A stretch of DNA of 64,000 nucleotides from a virus. The number at the start of each line of letters is the position of its first letter. Positions within the stretch are counted from its first letter, which is position 1. Location: the IMG/VR virus record IMGVR_UViG_3300025890_000019. One strand, 5' to 3'. The position numbers and the translations under genes are program-made. Below the pieces are notes generated by a model. It was not told the origin of the DNA. It was given only the letters and a program-made list of their open reading frames with translations, and ran no database searches. Shown one piece after another: positions 40,701 to 47,433 of the stretch.

Positions 40701-41791
40701 ATCTATTCAGTTACTCAGGTCAAGGATTACGACTATCAACAATTAGACAAACTGTATTCTTAATGAGATTGGCTCCTTCAGTATCCAATGCCTTAACAGG
40801 TGACTTGGGAGACAGAGATCTATTGAACAGAGCCCAGTTGCTACTGGATGGTATTGAGATTACCACAGAGCCAGTTGCGGCAGGTGGTGTACAAGGTCAG
40901 TTGGTGATTCAAGGAATTATTAATCCACAAAACTATCCAATTGATCCAGCAGACATAGGTTGGACAGGACTACAAGGAACAGCACAAGGTGGACAACCAA
41001 GTTTTGCGGAGATTGCTCCGGGTGGTTCAGTTAACTGGAACGGTGGTGCATCAATCACAACTGCGACAGCAGACACGATAGCAGAAATGACATCTTCATC
41101 TACTCACTGGTTTAACTTGGGTGGTAACAGAAACTATATGTATTTCTTGGAAGCACAATGGGAAGGCAAAGGACACGTGGTAGGTATGCGTGTAACCTCA
41201 GCACAATTCCCTAGCAACACAGTGGTTACACAGATTAGTGATAATGGTTCATATTACTTTGTAAGATTTTCAAACAGACACACAGGTGTATCGGGCGGTG
41301 ATGCTGTGAACTTTGCATTTGGTGGTGACTTTGCAAGTACTAACTACTTGTTCTTTGATCCAACATCATGGGAAGCCTCAAACGCTGTTGCAGGTACTGA
41401 AGTGGATACAGCAACAACAACTGAATTTCCACCAGGCACAACTGTACAAAGTGTACAGGCTAAAACTGTGTTTGGGACAACAGAATACTACAGAGTTGAC
41501 TTTAACCAAACATTCAATGGAACGATTGCCGCGGCAAGCAGTATATCATTTAACTTTGGTCAACCTCCTTATGCACAACCAGGTGAAACTATTTTCTCTT
41601 TTGTTGCACAACCGGGTGAAAGAGCAACACTTGCCTTAGACAAGATCAAAGCATTAACTAACACTACCTTGGGAGGTAGAGGTACGTTCCCGAATGGTCC
41701 TGACGTGTTAGCGATCAATGTATTTAGAACTGCTGGTACAGGCGATGTATCCGCAACAGTTACACTGCGTTGGTCAGAAGCACAGGCTTAA
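34757..41791 (+). CDS. Giant virion structural protein (2344 aa) with 8 tandem Ig-like modules
   Basis: Modules containing G..LGG.TP.ND..I.V..V at ~37.1-39.0 kb; LRV..P.S..DADFEYG.Q.TKW and FIHRPFDGGV, RQSK.Y.RYQSGKG lectin-like segments. Confidence 0.75.
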   Translation: MAKKRIQTYKFTPGIPESGNLYPNAWAQINANKEWLKDESTAFIDAKIVTDTAADLYPNSSLRYLNNREYVKAEVAAWVAVQVAGNISPFAGYTKTATQIKTDVEAVIQAAYLDMRYGGNENIRKQSQTYYVDGVLQLASAGEPELAYWTKAKQIIDLYIFTGLAYSSINTDGLSQNTSGSNAEPAGKTGFAANMAVIDNVVDNGILNLPALQSSAYVFANFVYDSYLCERDMGYNIDGLLKDIRYGGNEQSRYNASTYWVGTVSVLDGDRQPEIATKNEIRNIINNYVIPGTAYASRQSPVVTQQTILGTPGESGATARVTSLVGIITDVITNGLDNLPALVTNGISSVKIPERVELSEILLITNTSSNAVLYTFNDPAKGATVTYKREYPEDTSNPTAFVDPDFPKAFHGNDTITTIFLNADTSTDDATDQLQIFIEDDEIRTRPYDFGTDAIERLRVAQPESMLDADFEYGLQPTKWQAIATQRGYPSIYEVPGTDFDIQTVTSDASAGTQGIGSSLITVTTIGPHNFEAGQPFTITGFDNSVAGASRAAGSFVVNTVPNSLSFTYYGKAKVGSVNPTTISTNFTQLREGDFYTGAAIGFPSFSIDSNGSSGNFVTSLATLSGATILPYTGVQPEIGAPLTGTGIQTGTQITAVNGSGGALASPTVTGDYVAGATAITVQDSAGIIQNSVIDRGDGFAVTIISVAGNDLTLSAPLTQDLIGDITQYPGLAGTNYTPQGQLGRFDIFRVGGSYSVSLVTNGQVGSGQDYAVGDAIVVSGTDLGGATPANDAIVTVESVDTGGEILTASVTGTAFTGTGTASAVATQLQGNNGTGAQINVTKNAGSYTVALNSPSYTGVGLASYAGSQGAGAIFDIDVDAGVYTATVDTAGTGYIVNDVVRLGGSTFGGTGANDLDIRVTAVGGSGEIQTISVAGTAPNQTVNYTSPVYTTPSAGGVTAAFTVTRTGTVYSAVVTTIGAGYSATDVLTILGTQLGGATTANDATITVDSVDGNGGILTFTVAGTAVNTQTYPNQNTGTNISGTNATFDVAISGTGYTVTLNNAGDDYGVGQTHTIEGTSLGGETPANDVTIVIDTVTGTGASGIATITPTGTAALEGTSGYTVGDQFFVSGTDLGAATPTNDAYVSVSTVNGNGGITALTISGTGTDANVDYTSATWTTSGSGTGAVVDINRTGTVYTATFTNTGASFAAADTITILGTAVGGLTPANDVTITVDTVTAGAIATYTVAGTAVNTQTFTDVNKSARTPSGLTMDVTLSGGSYTLAIANGGSGYGLNQTYKIEGTSVFGASPTNDLTFTIAGINSVVGGQVTSVSAATGTANTGTGNALNVAGSNRAPIGVGAQFSITRTNDTDSSTDYTEVTVVQDGSNYAVGDKVVISGASLGGSTPANDITVRVQSITSFGGVVNNTHSGTAIGGTGISVYSSVTISDPVSQAIPLSATISYSALATMRVNFTTPHGLVPGNAFLVVIQSDDGSNNHILASGPFLATSIPSPTSLTYQVRSPGAITDAGWQGSIYGRPDSFFIHRPFDGGVQLGTGGPAHGAQAIRQSKKYIRYQSGKGCMYTTGALFAPSYDILDLSADGTASGSTITVTTDDVDHNLQVGAIIRLVGIATSGYDGTYTITSITNERTFTVIAQITLGGTTPEFTDQPQVSLYQWNGATVRSGIFDDQNGIFWEYDGQNTNAVQRTATRQLAGTITVTPDSNNVTGVGTRFREQIKAGDRVVIRGMTHVVSGITDNTTMSVTPDYRGVNTSSGVKMCAVVDKKAKQSEFNKDVLDGTGPSGYKWDVSKMQMIGIQFSWYGAGFIDWMTRGQTGNFIFVHRMRNSNVNTEAFMRTGNQPVRYEVTNEGPGAKLFENMDATQTTLTVEDASFFPTTGGTVYIDNEIITFTGITGDTLTGCTRAAQLTNFAAGATRNYSAGAAAAHFRNTGVVLISNTASPIISHWGSAYLTDGNFDEDRGYLFSYSGQGLRLSTIRQTVFLMRLAPSVSNALTGDLGDRDLLNRAQLLLDGIEITTEPVAAGGVQGQLVIQGIINPQNYPIDPADIGWTGLQGTAQGGQPSFAEIAPGGSVNWNGGASITTATADTIAEMTSSSTHWFNLGGNRNYMYFLEAQWEGKGHVVGMRVTSAQFPSNTVVTQISDNGSYYFVRFSNRHTGVSGGDAVNFAFGGDFASTNYLFFDPTSWEASNAVAGTEVDTATTTEFPPGTTVQSVQAKTVFGTTEYYRVDFNQTFNGTIAAASSISFNFGQPPYAQPGETIFSFVAQPGERATLALDKIKALTNTTLGGRGTFPNGPDVLAINVFRTAGTGDVSATVTLRWSEAQA

Positions 41792-41913
41792 TGCTCCAAC
41801 TCATCAAACATATATGCGAGACGTGTGGGTGTGAACAACACTGCAAAAAATCGTGTGGAGAATGTCTAGATTGTCCAGACTGTGTTTGTAAGGAATGTAT
41901 TAACAAAGACTGA
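41791..41913 (+). CDS. 40-aa metallothionein-like Cys-rich peptide (not in the supplied ORF track)
   Basis: MLQLIKHICETCGCEQHCKKSCGECLDCPDCVCKECINKD: 10 Cys + 2 His; TAATG coupling to the giant gene; next ATG 4 nt downstream. Confidence 0.7.
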   Translation: MLQLIKHICETCGCEQHCKKSCGECLDCPDCVCKECINKD

Positions 41914-41917
41914 TAAG

Positions 41918-42505
41918 ATGAATTATAATAGGCTTCGTGTACTGGAAAGAGAAAACCCACACAAAGAACCTGAACGATGTTTTGTTTTACAAAAATTAAT
42001 TAAAAAACACAATTTAAAAAAAGGCGCTGAACTAGGAGTTAGAAGCGGCGAACTTTATTATTTTTTGTTATCTCATTGTCCTGAACTTACCCTGATTGGT
42101 GTAGATTTGTACGAAAGTCAACCAAATGGAAGTACTGATCCTCAACGAAAAAGAACATATGATCAACCTCATATGGGGTTTAGTTATGATCACTCACTGT
42201 ATTACAATTTCATAAAAGAGTTACAAAATGAATTTGGAACAAGAGCTCAATTTATAAAAGATTGGACTTCAAATGCGTCTTTATTAATTGAAGATAATTC
42301 ATTAGATTTTGTGTTTTTAGATGCTGATCATGGATTTGATGGATGTTCGCAAGATATTGAAAAATGGACACCAAAAGTTAAATCTGGTGGATTTATAACA
42401 GGACACGACTTCTGGTTGTCAGGAGTAAAAAAAGCAGTACAAAAATATTTTGGCAACGATTATAAGAAACACCCAGATCACGTCTGGATACATCAAAAAA
42501 AATAA
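41918..42505 (+). CDS. Class I SAM-dependent methyltransferase (Methyltransf_24-like)
   Basis: GAELGVRSG, LIGVD.Y, LDFVFLDADH.F.G...DI..W..KVK.GG.I.GHD; start moved from 41882 to 41918 to fit the upstream small ORF. Confidence 0.82.
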   Translation: MNYNRLRVLERENPHKEPERCFVLQKLIKKHNLKKGAELGVRSGELYYFLLSHCPELTLIGVDLYESQPNGSTDPQRKRTYDQPHMGFSYDHSLYYNFIKELQNEFGTRAQFIKDWTSNASLLIEDNSLDFVFLDADHGFDGCSQDIEKWTPKVKSGGFITGHDFWLSGVKKAVQKYFGNDYKKHPDHVWIHQKK

Positions 42506-42506
42506 A

Positions 42507-42884
42507 TTATTTTTCTTCTATTTTTTGTGAATCGCCAGGAATGATTCTATAATTGTCTTCTGGATCGTCAGCAGTGCTCACTTCAGTGATGCTACCTCGA
42601 TCAGTTAAACATTGAACTTGATGTGGCATTAGAGGTAAATTTCTCCATGTTTCGCCTTCTTTAAGTTCTTTTGTAAGTAACGTTGCAGTTTGAGTATCAA
42701 TCCAACTTAACAAAAATTTACCCTCATTTACAAACCAAGTTTCATCTTTGGTTTTATGAAAATGCATTGAAAATTTAGCACCTTTTCTTTCAAACACCAT
42801 TATTTTACCACAGTATTTGTCGTTGGAAGCCCAAATTAATTCGTATCCCCAACCTTTGTCTACTTTACCTTCTTTATTAATCAT
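42507..42884 (-). CDS. Cupin, mannose-6-phosphate-isomerase/ketol-isomerase-like
   Basis: KGWGYE.IW...KYCGKI....G.KFSMHFH..KDETW.V; PL.PH; EVST. Confidence 0.75.
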   Translation of the reverse strand: MINKEGKVDKGWGYELIWASNDKYCGKIMVFERKGAKFSMHFHKTKDETWFVNEGKFLLSWIDTQTATLLTKELKEGETWRNLPLMPHQVQCLTDRGSITEVSTADDPEDNYRIIPGDSQKIEEK

Positions 42885-43692
42885 TTAGATATTGCTCAAC
42901 TGTTTTATAATTTATTGTAACATTTTTATTTAATTCTGTCAAATCTGCACAGGTGTAAGACTGATATTGCCCTTTTAATTTTTCTGGCATAGGAATTGTT
43001 TCTATTTTGGCATTGTATTTTTTAGCCACAGATTCTGCTACTGATTGAAATGACGTTGCTGTACCTGTACCAACATTGTAGATACCACTGATGTCTTTTT
43101 GTAGCATTTGACACTGCACATTGCACACATCATCTACACACACAAAATCTCTAAGATATTGGTCACTATTTTCGAATAACTTGATCACACCACTTTCTTT
43201 TGCTTGTTTTGAAAATTTAGTTACTGGAGATGCTTGATCACCTTTGTGTTCTTCATGTTGTCCATACACATTAAAATATCTAAACCCCTGTACTAATATT
43301 TTAAATTCTCCCATGGCTTGTTGAATGAATCTATCAAACAAATATTTGCTCCAAGCATATGGTGATTGAGGATAAACAGGACCATTTTCTACAAAACTGT
43401 TTGTGTTGCCATACACACTAGCAGAACTGGCATATTGAAAGTTTACTCCCATGGTGTCACACATCTGTAACAATTTCATACTGTATTCATAATTCTGATC
43501 CATGATTAATTCTACATTTCTTTCTGTTGTAGAACTGATTGCTCCAAGATGAATTACCCAATCATACAGGCTGGGATCAGGAAAAGTGTTAGAAGCATAT
43601 TCAAACATGGTCACTTCATAATTCATATCATTTAAATGCTTACACAAATTTTTTCCTATAAATCCTTCCGCTCCTGTTACGCAAATTTTCAT
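42877..43692 (-). CDS. hldD: ADP-L-glycero-D-manno-heptose 6-epimerase
   Basis: VTGAEGFIG, HLGAISSTTE, YASSASVYG, P.SPYAWSK, RYFNVYG.HE.HKG.QAS, RDFVCVDD, YNVGTG, YQSYT.ADL; start at ATGA overlap with upstream gene. Confidence 0.88.
   Translation of the reverse strand: MKICVTGAEGFIGKNLCKHLNDMNYEVTMFEYASNTFPDPSLYDWVIHLGAISSTTERNVELIMDQNYEYSMKLLQMCDTMGVNFQYASSASVYGNTNSFVENGPVYPQSPYAWSKYLFDRFIQQAMGEFKILVQGFRYFNVYGQHEEHKGDQASPVTKFSKQAKESGVIKLFENSDQYLRDFVCVDDVCNVQCQMLQKDISGIYNVGTGTATSFQSVAESVAKKYNAKIETIPMPEKLKGQYQSYTCADLTELNKNVTINYKTVEQYLND
42914..42942 (-). promoter_or_regulatory. Sigma70-type promoter inside the 3' end of hldD, reading into the cupin gene
   Basis: Minus strand TTGACA-N17-TACAAT with extended -10 TG. 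Confidence 0.6.
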
Positions 43693-44291
43693 TCGTGATT
43701 TCTCCAAAGTTTAATTGTATCATGTGCTTCATTGGGCACAATGGGTTTTATAAATTCGCTTCTATGATCAGCAACGAAATTTATGTTTATGTTGATTCTG
43801 CTCCTAGCATCTGTACAAGTAGATCCTGTGTGTTTCATGTAACTAGGAAACACAACCATTGAATTAGCAACACTGTCGATTTTGTCATCTTCAAACTCTG
43901 TAAAACCATTGTTTGTGTTCACATAATAGATTGCTGTGTAACTCAATGGTATTCCAGTATCAGTATGCATTCCATGAGTGATAATTTTTTCTTTACTTGG
44001 AATATTATTTGCTTTTACTCTGATAAAGGTGTGAGGCTGAAGCACTTCAAATATAGGAAACAACATTTGCCAATATTCTGGTGTAGTCAAAATTTGACTG
44101 ACTTCGTGAAACTTATGAACAAACTGCAATTGATGTTTTTCTTCTGTATCAAATTCTGATTTCTTAACCACGTGATCATTGTAATTCCAAGTAAATGTAT
44201 CATTGGTCATGGTTTTAAAAATATATTCATAGTGCTCTTTTGCCAGTACATCTGTGCATAACATTCTATTATTTCTTATTTCAATTTTCAT
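43689..44291 (-). CDS. 2OG-Fe(II) oxygenase-like protein
   Basis: RVKAN...HGMHTD...TAIYYVNTNNG.T.F....SVANSMVVF....HTGS.CTD..RININ.N (HxD...H..S...R). Confidence 0.75.
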   Translation of the reverse strand: MKIEIRNNRMLCTDVLAKEHYEYIFKTMTNDTFTWNYNDHVVKKSEFDTEEKHQLQFVHKFHEVSQILTTPEYWQMLFPIFEVLQPHTFIRVKANNIPSKEKIITHGMHTDTGIPLSYTAIYYVNTNNGFTEFEDDKIDSVANSMVVFPSYMKHTGSTCTDARSRINININFVADHRSEFIKPIVPNEAHDTIKLWRNHE

Positions 44292-45531
44292 TTTTAACTT
44301 TCTCTAAAATATTTGTGGTTGAAAAACCGTCTACAGTTGGAAATATCACAACTTCAGCCATCTCATTTCCCACTGTGGTTGCCACTGTGTAATCACCACC
44401 TTTCACAATCACATTAGGTTTGATTGTTTGCAATGCTTCTATAGGTGTGTCTTCATGGAACACAACCACTTGATCTACCCAAGGCAATTCCATCAATTGT
44501 TTTTTTCTAATCAATGTATTGTTCAATGGTCTATCATTTCCTTTTAATCTTTTTACACTTTCATCTGCATTTATTCCAACAATCAATTTGTCTCCATGGC
44601 TTTTAGCAAATTTTAATAATTCTAAATGTCCTTGATGTAAAATATCAAACACACCGTTGGTCCAAACCACTGTGTCTTCTATATCGCTGATCTGTACCAC
44701 TGTAACGCCTCGATGTTGTACCACTTTACTGGCACCTTTTAATGCCAACGTACAAGCATCTGTCATGCTGTATCCTTGTTCAACGTATTTTACAATAATT
44801 GCCAACACAGTATCTCCTGCACCACTAACATCTGCTAATTCTACAGCATCACCAGTGATATGTTGATATTCATCTTGACCAACAACATGAATACCGTTGC
44901 CGCCATCTGTCACAATTAACCAATCCCAATTAAATTTTATTCTGAATTGATCAGCAGTTTTAGAATCAAATTTTCCAAACCATTGTTCATATTCTTTCAT
45001 GTTGGGTTTAACCAAATATGCACCTGTATACGATTCAGGATTTTGTTTTGGATCCACATAAACTCTTTTGACAAGATGCACAACGTCATTAACCAACGAT
45101 TGGTTGATTACTCCTTTGTTGTAATCGCTGATCAAAATTACATCATCTTTTTGTAAATTTTTTACCAAATTAATCATGGGCTCAGATTGAGTGTATTGTT
45201 CTTCACGATCCAGCCTCAACAGGTGTTGTCCGTCTGCACCAATCATGCGTGTTTTCACAGTGCTGGTTACAGCATCATTGCTTATGAATGTTTTGATGTT
45301 GTTTTTAAGCAGTATTTCTTGTATTCTATGACCCGGGGCGTCGTTGCCCACGGCACTGTAAAGATGCGTGTCTACGCCGAGATTTGATAGGTTTAAAGCG
45401 AGGTTTCCTGCCCCTCCTATGTTGTAATTGCGGTCATTTTCTTTTAATACCAATGCTGATGCTTCCGGTGATACTTTGGTACAATCACCTTGTACCCACA
45501 CATCCAGCATTACATCTCCAATTATTTTCAT
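44281..45531 (-). CDS. hldE: Bifunctional heptose-7-phosphate kinase / heptose-1-phosphate nucleotidyltransferase
   Basis: IGDVMLD.W.G...SPEA, GGAGN.A.N, SDYNKG, VDPK, KPN..E, DVSGAGDT (PfkB) fused to TNGVFDILH.GH..LL..AK..GD.LIVG.N.D.SVKRLKG..RP, KGGDY, GFSTT. Confidence 0.92.
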   Translation of the reverse strand: MKIIGDVMLDVWVQGDCTKVSPEASALVLKENDRNYNIGGAGNLALNLSNLGVDTHLYSAVGNDAPGHRIQEILLKNNIKTFISNDAVTSTVKTRMIGADGQHLLRLDREEQYTQSEPMINLVKNLQKDDVILISDYNKGVINQSLVNDVVHLVKRVYVDPKQNPESYTGAYLVKPNMKEYEQWFGKFDSKTADQFRIKFNWDWLIVTDGGNGIHVVGQDEYQHITGDAVELADVSGAGDTVLAIIVKYVEQGYSMTDACTLALKGASKVVQHRGVTVVQISDIEDTVVWTNGVFDILHQGHLELLKFAKSHGDKLIVGINADESVKRLKGNDRPLNNTLIRKKQLMELPWVDQVVVFHEDTPIEALQTIKPNVIVKGGDYTVATTVGNEMAEVVIFPTVDGFSTTNILEKVKNEN

Positions 45532-45962
45532 TTGATTAATTTAAGCATTTTAAACACAGTGTCTAATTTAATTTGGTTTGTTTTGTTTTGGAATGTCTTA
45601 CGCAATCCTTGGTGTAATGGTTTGGGCCAGTTACCAAAAGTAACCCAAGCATAGCCATCATGTTCTGTGTTTAGTGTTGGAATAAATTCTTTTTCTACCA
45701 CACACAAATAGGTGTGGTATAAAAAATTTTCATCATTACTGATAAACGTTTCCATTGGAATAGTTTTCTTAATTTGTTGAGTGCCTATTTCTTCTTGAAT
45801 CTCTCTTTGAAGACCTTCCCACAAATTTTTATCTGAAGTTGTAGTACCACCAACCAATCCCCAAACATTATTTTGTTTGCTTTGAGTTCTGTGTAGTAAT
45901 AAAAATCTTTTTGTATCTAGTGTATAGAAGAGTGCTCCACACCCTACAATCTTACTGTTCAT
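45528..45962 (-). CDS. NUDIX hydrolase
   Basis: WGLVGG......E GLQREIQEEIG Nudix box; EH.GYAW; start taken at MNSKIVG. Confidence 0.8.
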   Translation of the reverse strand: MNSKIVGCGALFYTLDTKRFLLLHRTQSKQNNVWGLVGGTTTSDKNLWEGLQREIQEEIGTQQIKKTIPMETFISNDENFLYHTYLCVVEKEFIPTLNTEHDGYAWVTFGNWPKPLHQGLRKTFQNKTNQIKLDTVFKMLKLIK

Positions 45963-45978
45963 ACAATTAATTATGTGA

Positions 45979-47433
45979 CTACTGGATCTTCCAAGTGCCT
46001 TTACGATATTCACCTTCGAAAGACAATAACCATTCTGTACCATTCCATTTGTACTGCACACCAGTATTTAAATTGGTAATAAATGATTCTGAGAAATTGG
46101 TATTGGTGCTTGGATTAGCACTTGCATCAAAAATATTTTCCCAATTTGTGCCATTCCATTCTATAATGTCATTTGCACCTGCAACTAAATCTATGTTGCT
46201 GTCACCTTTCCATGCATCTGCTCCATCTTCATTATCGGAATCACCTATTGATTTAAGTAACAACAATCTTTTTCCATTTTGTTTTACATTGGATGGATTG
46301 AATGTGGTAGGATCCACTATGAAATCTACAGAACCACTTGTTGTTACTGGTCCAACAATTACAGTGTCAGTTGGGATTGTATCTTCGTCCCACTCAACTA
46401 AAAGTTGGAATGGATTTGCTTCGTTTACTGCAACAGTACCTACCACAGGAGCATCTATGCCTTCTCTGTTTAGATAAATTTTGCTCAATCCATCTTTATA
46501 ATTAGGAATAGTTTGCACATTACCTGTCCAAACCACACTGCCTATAACACCTTTTTCAATTATTTGAGCAACACTGTTTAAAACGTAAACATCATAATTT
46601 ATACCTGTTGTACCTAACACAGCGTCAGTGTCTTTTCTTGTGGCAACACTTGTGTCTACAGAACCATCTGCATTGGTAGTGATACTTGCTTTGATATCAA
46701 AATCATTTCCGTCTTGATATGCATTAAGTTCAGGCATTGTTTGACTCAAATCTACATTGCCTGTTTTTTCGTTGAAAATACTTGTGATAATATGAGTAAT
46801 CACTCCTAGTTTTTTAACTTTTGTTGGTGGTGATATGTATATAGGTGTTGTAAATCCTAATGTTGCAACATCAACTTCTGTTTCTGTGCCTAGTGGAATT
46901 GTTCTTGATGAAAAACCAATATTTGCTAATTCAACAACACTCAAACTGGTCCAGTCAACATAATTGTCTGTGGTTTGAATCTCAAGTGATGGATTAAACA
47001 ACATCATTATCTGTTCCATTATTTGCAATTTTTGTTCTGTGTTGGATGTCCAAATATCTGCATTCAATGATAATGTGTAAGGAGTAGGCATCAATCTTTC
47101 AACAGTAACATTTTTACCTTGTTCGTTCAAGTATTCATTGTTGTTGCTGTCAAATGCTCTTTCTCTAATATGAATTTTACTCACAAAACTTGCATCTGCT
47201 AAACGTGTTCTGTCCATTTCTAATGCAGTAACATATATTCCCATTCTTGGAACAGACGGTAATTTGTTTTCTGAGTTGTCTCTTATGATGTGACTCACCT
47301 GTCTAGAAATATCTCCATACATAACAGGTATAGTTTTCAATCCACCATCACCATCTTTGTAAGAAAAATTACTCATCAATCTAATTATTTGTGTGATATA
47401 TCTTCTAATTTGTCCGTCGTAAAAAAATTGCAT
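45979..47433 (-). CDS. gp15: Tail sheath stabiliser / tail completion protein (T4 gp15-like), extended
   Basis: FFYD.QIRRYI, IPVMYGD, PRMG, P.PY.L....IW....QK.QI.EQI...FNP. Confidence 0.65.
   Translation of the reverse strand: MQFFYDGQIRRYITQIIRLMSNFSYKDGDGGLKTIPVMYGDISRQVSHIIRDNSENKLPSVPRMGIYVTALEMDRTRLADASFVSKIHIRERAFDSNNNEYLNEQGKNVTVERLMPTPYTLSLNADIWTSNTEQKLQIMEQIMMLFNPSLEIQTTDNYVDWTSLSVVELANIGFSSRTIPLGTETEVDVATLGFTTPIYISPPTKVKKLGVITHIITSIFNEKTGNVDLSQTMPELNAYQDGNDFDIKASITTNADGSVDTSVATRKDTDAVLGTTGINYDVYVLNSVAQIIEKGVIGSVVWTGNVQTIPNYKDGLSKIYLNREGIDAPVVGTVAVNEANPFQLLVEWDEDTIPTDTVIVGPVTTSGSVDFIVDPTTFNPSNVKQNGKRLLLLKSIGDSDNEDGADAWKGDSNIDLVAGANDIIEWNGTNWENIFDASANPSTNTNFSESFITNLNTGVQYKWNGTEWLLSFEGEYRKGTWKIQ

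Noticed and set aside
83-41639. Numerous 60-185-aa antisense or alternate-frame ORFs in the track (e.g. 15700-16257, 34248-34781)
   Set aside because: Shadows of long genes with biased codon usage; no RBS or promoter and no recognisable motifs.
42495-42515. A/T-only palindrome at the convergent methyltransferase/cupin junction as a terminator
   Set aside because: No G-C pairs, so too weak to call; expected by chance from two abutting TAA stops in Lys/Glu-rich ends.
45995-46477. 160-aa plus-strand ORF
   Set aside because: Lies wholly antisense to the gp15-like gene; no independent signals.
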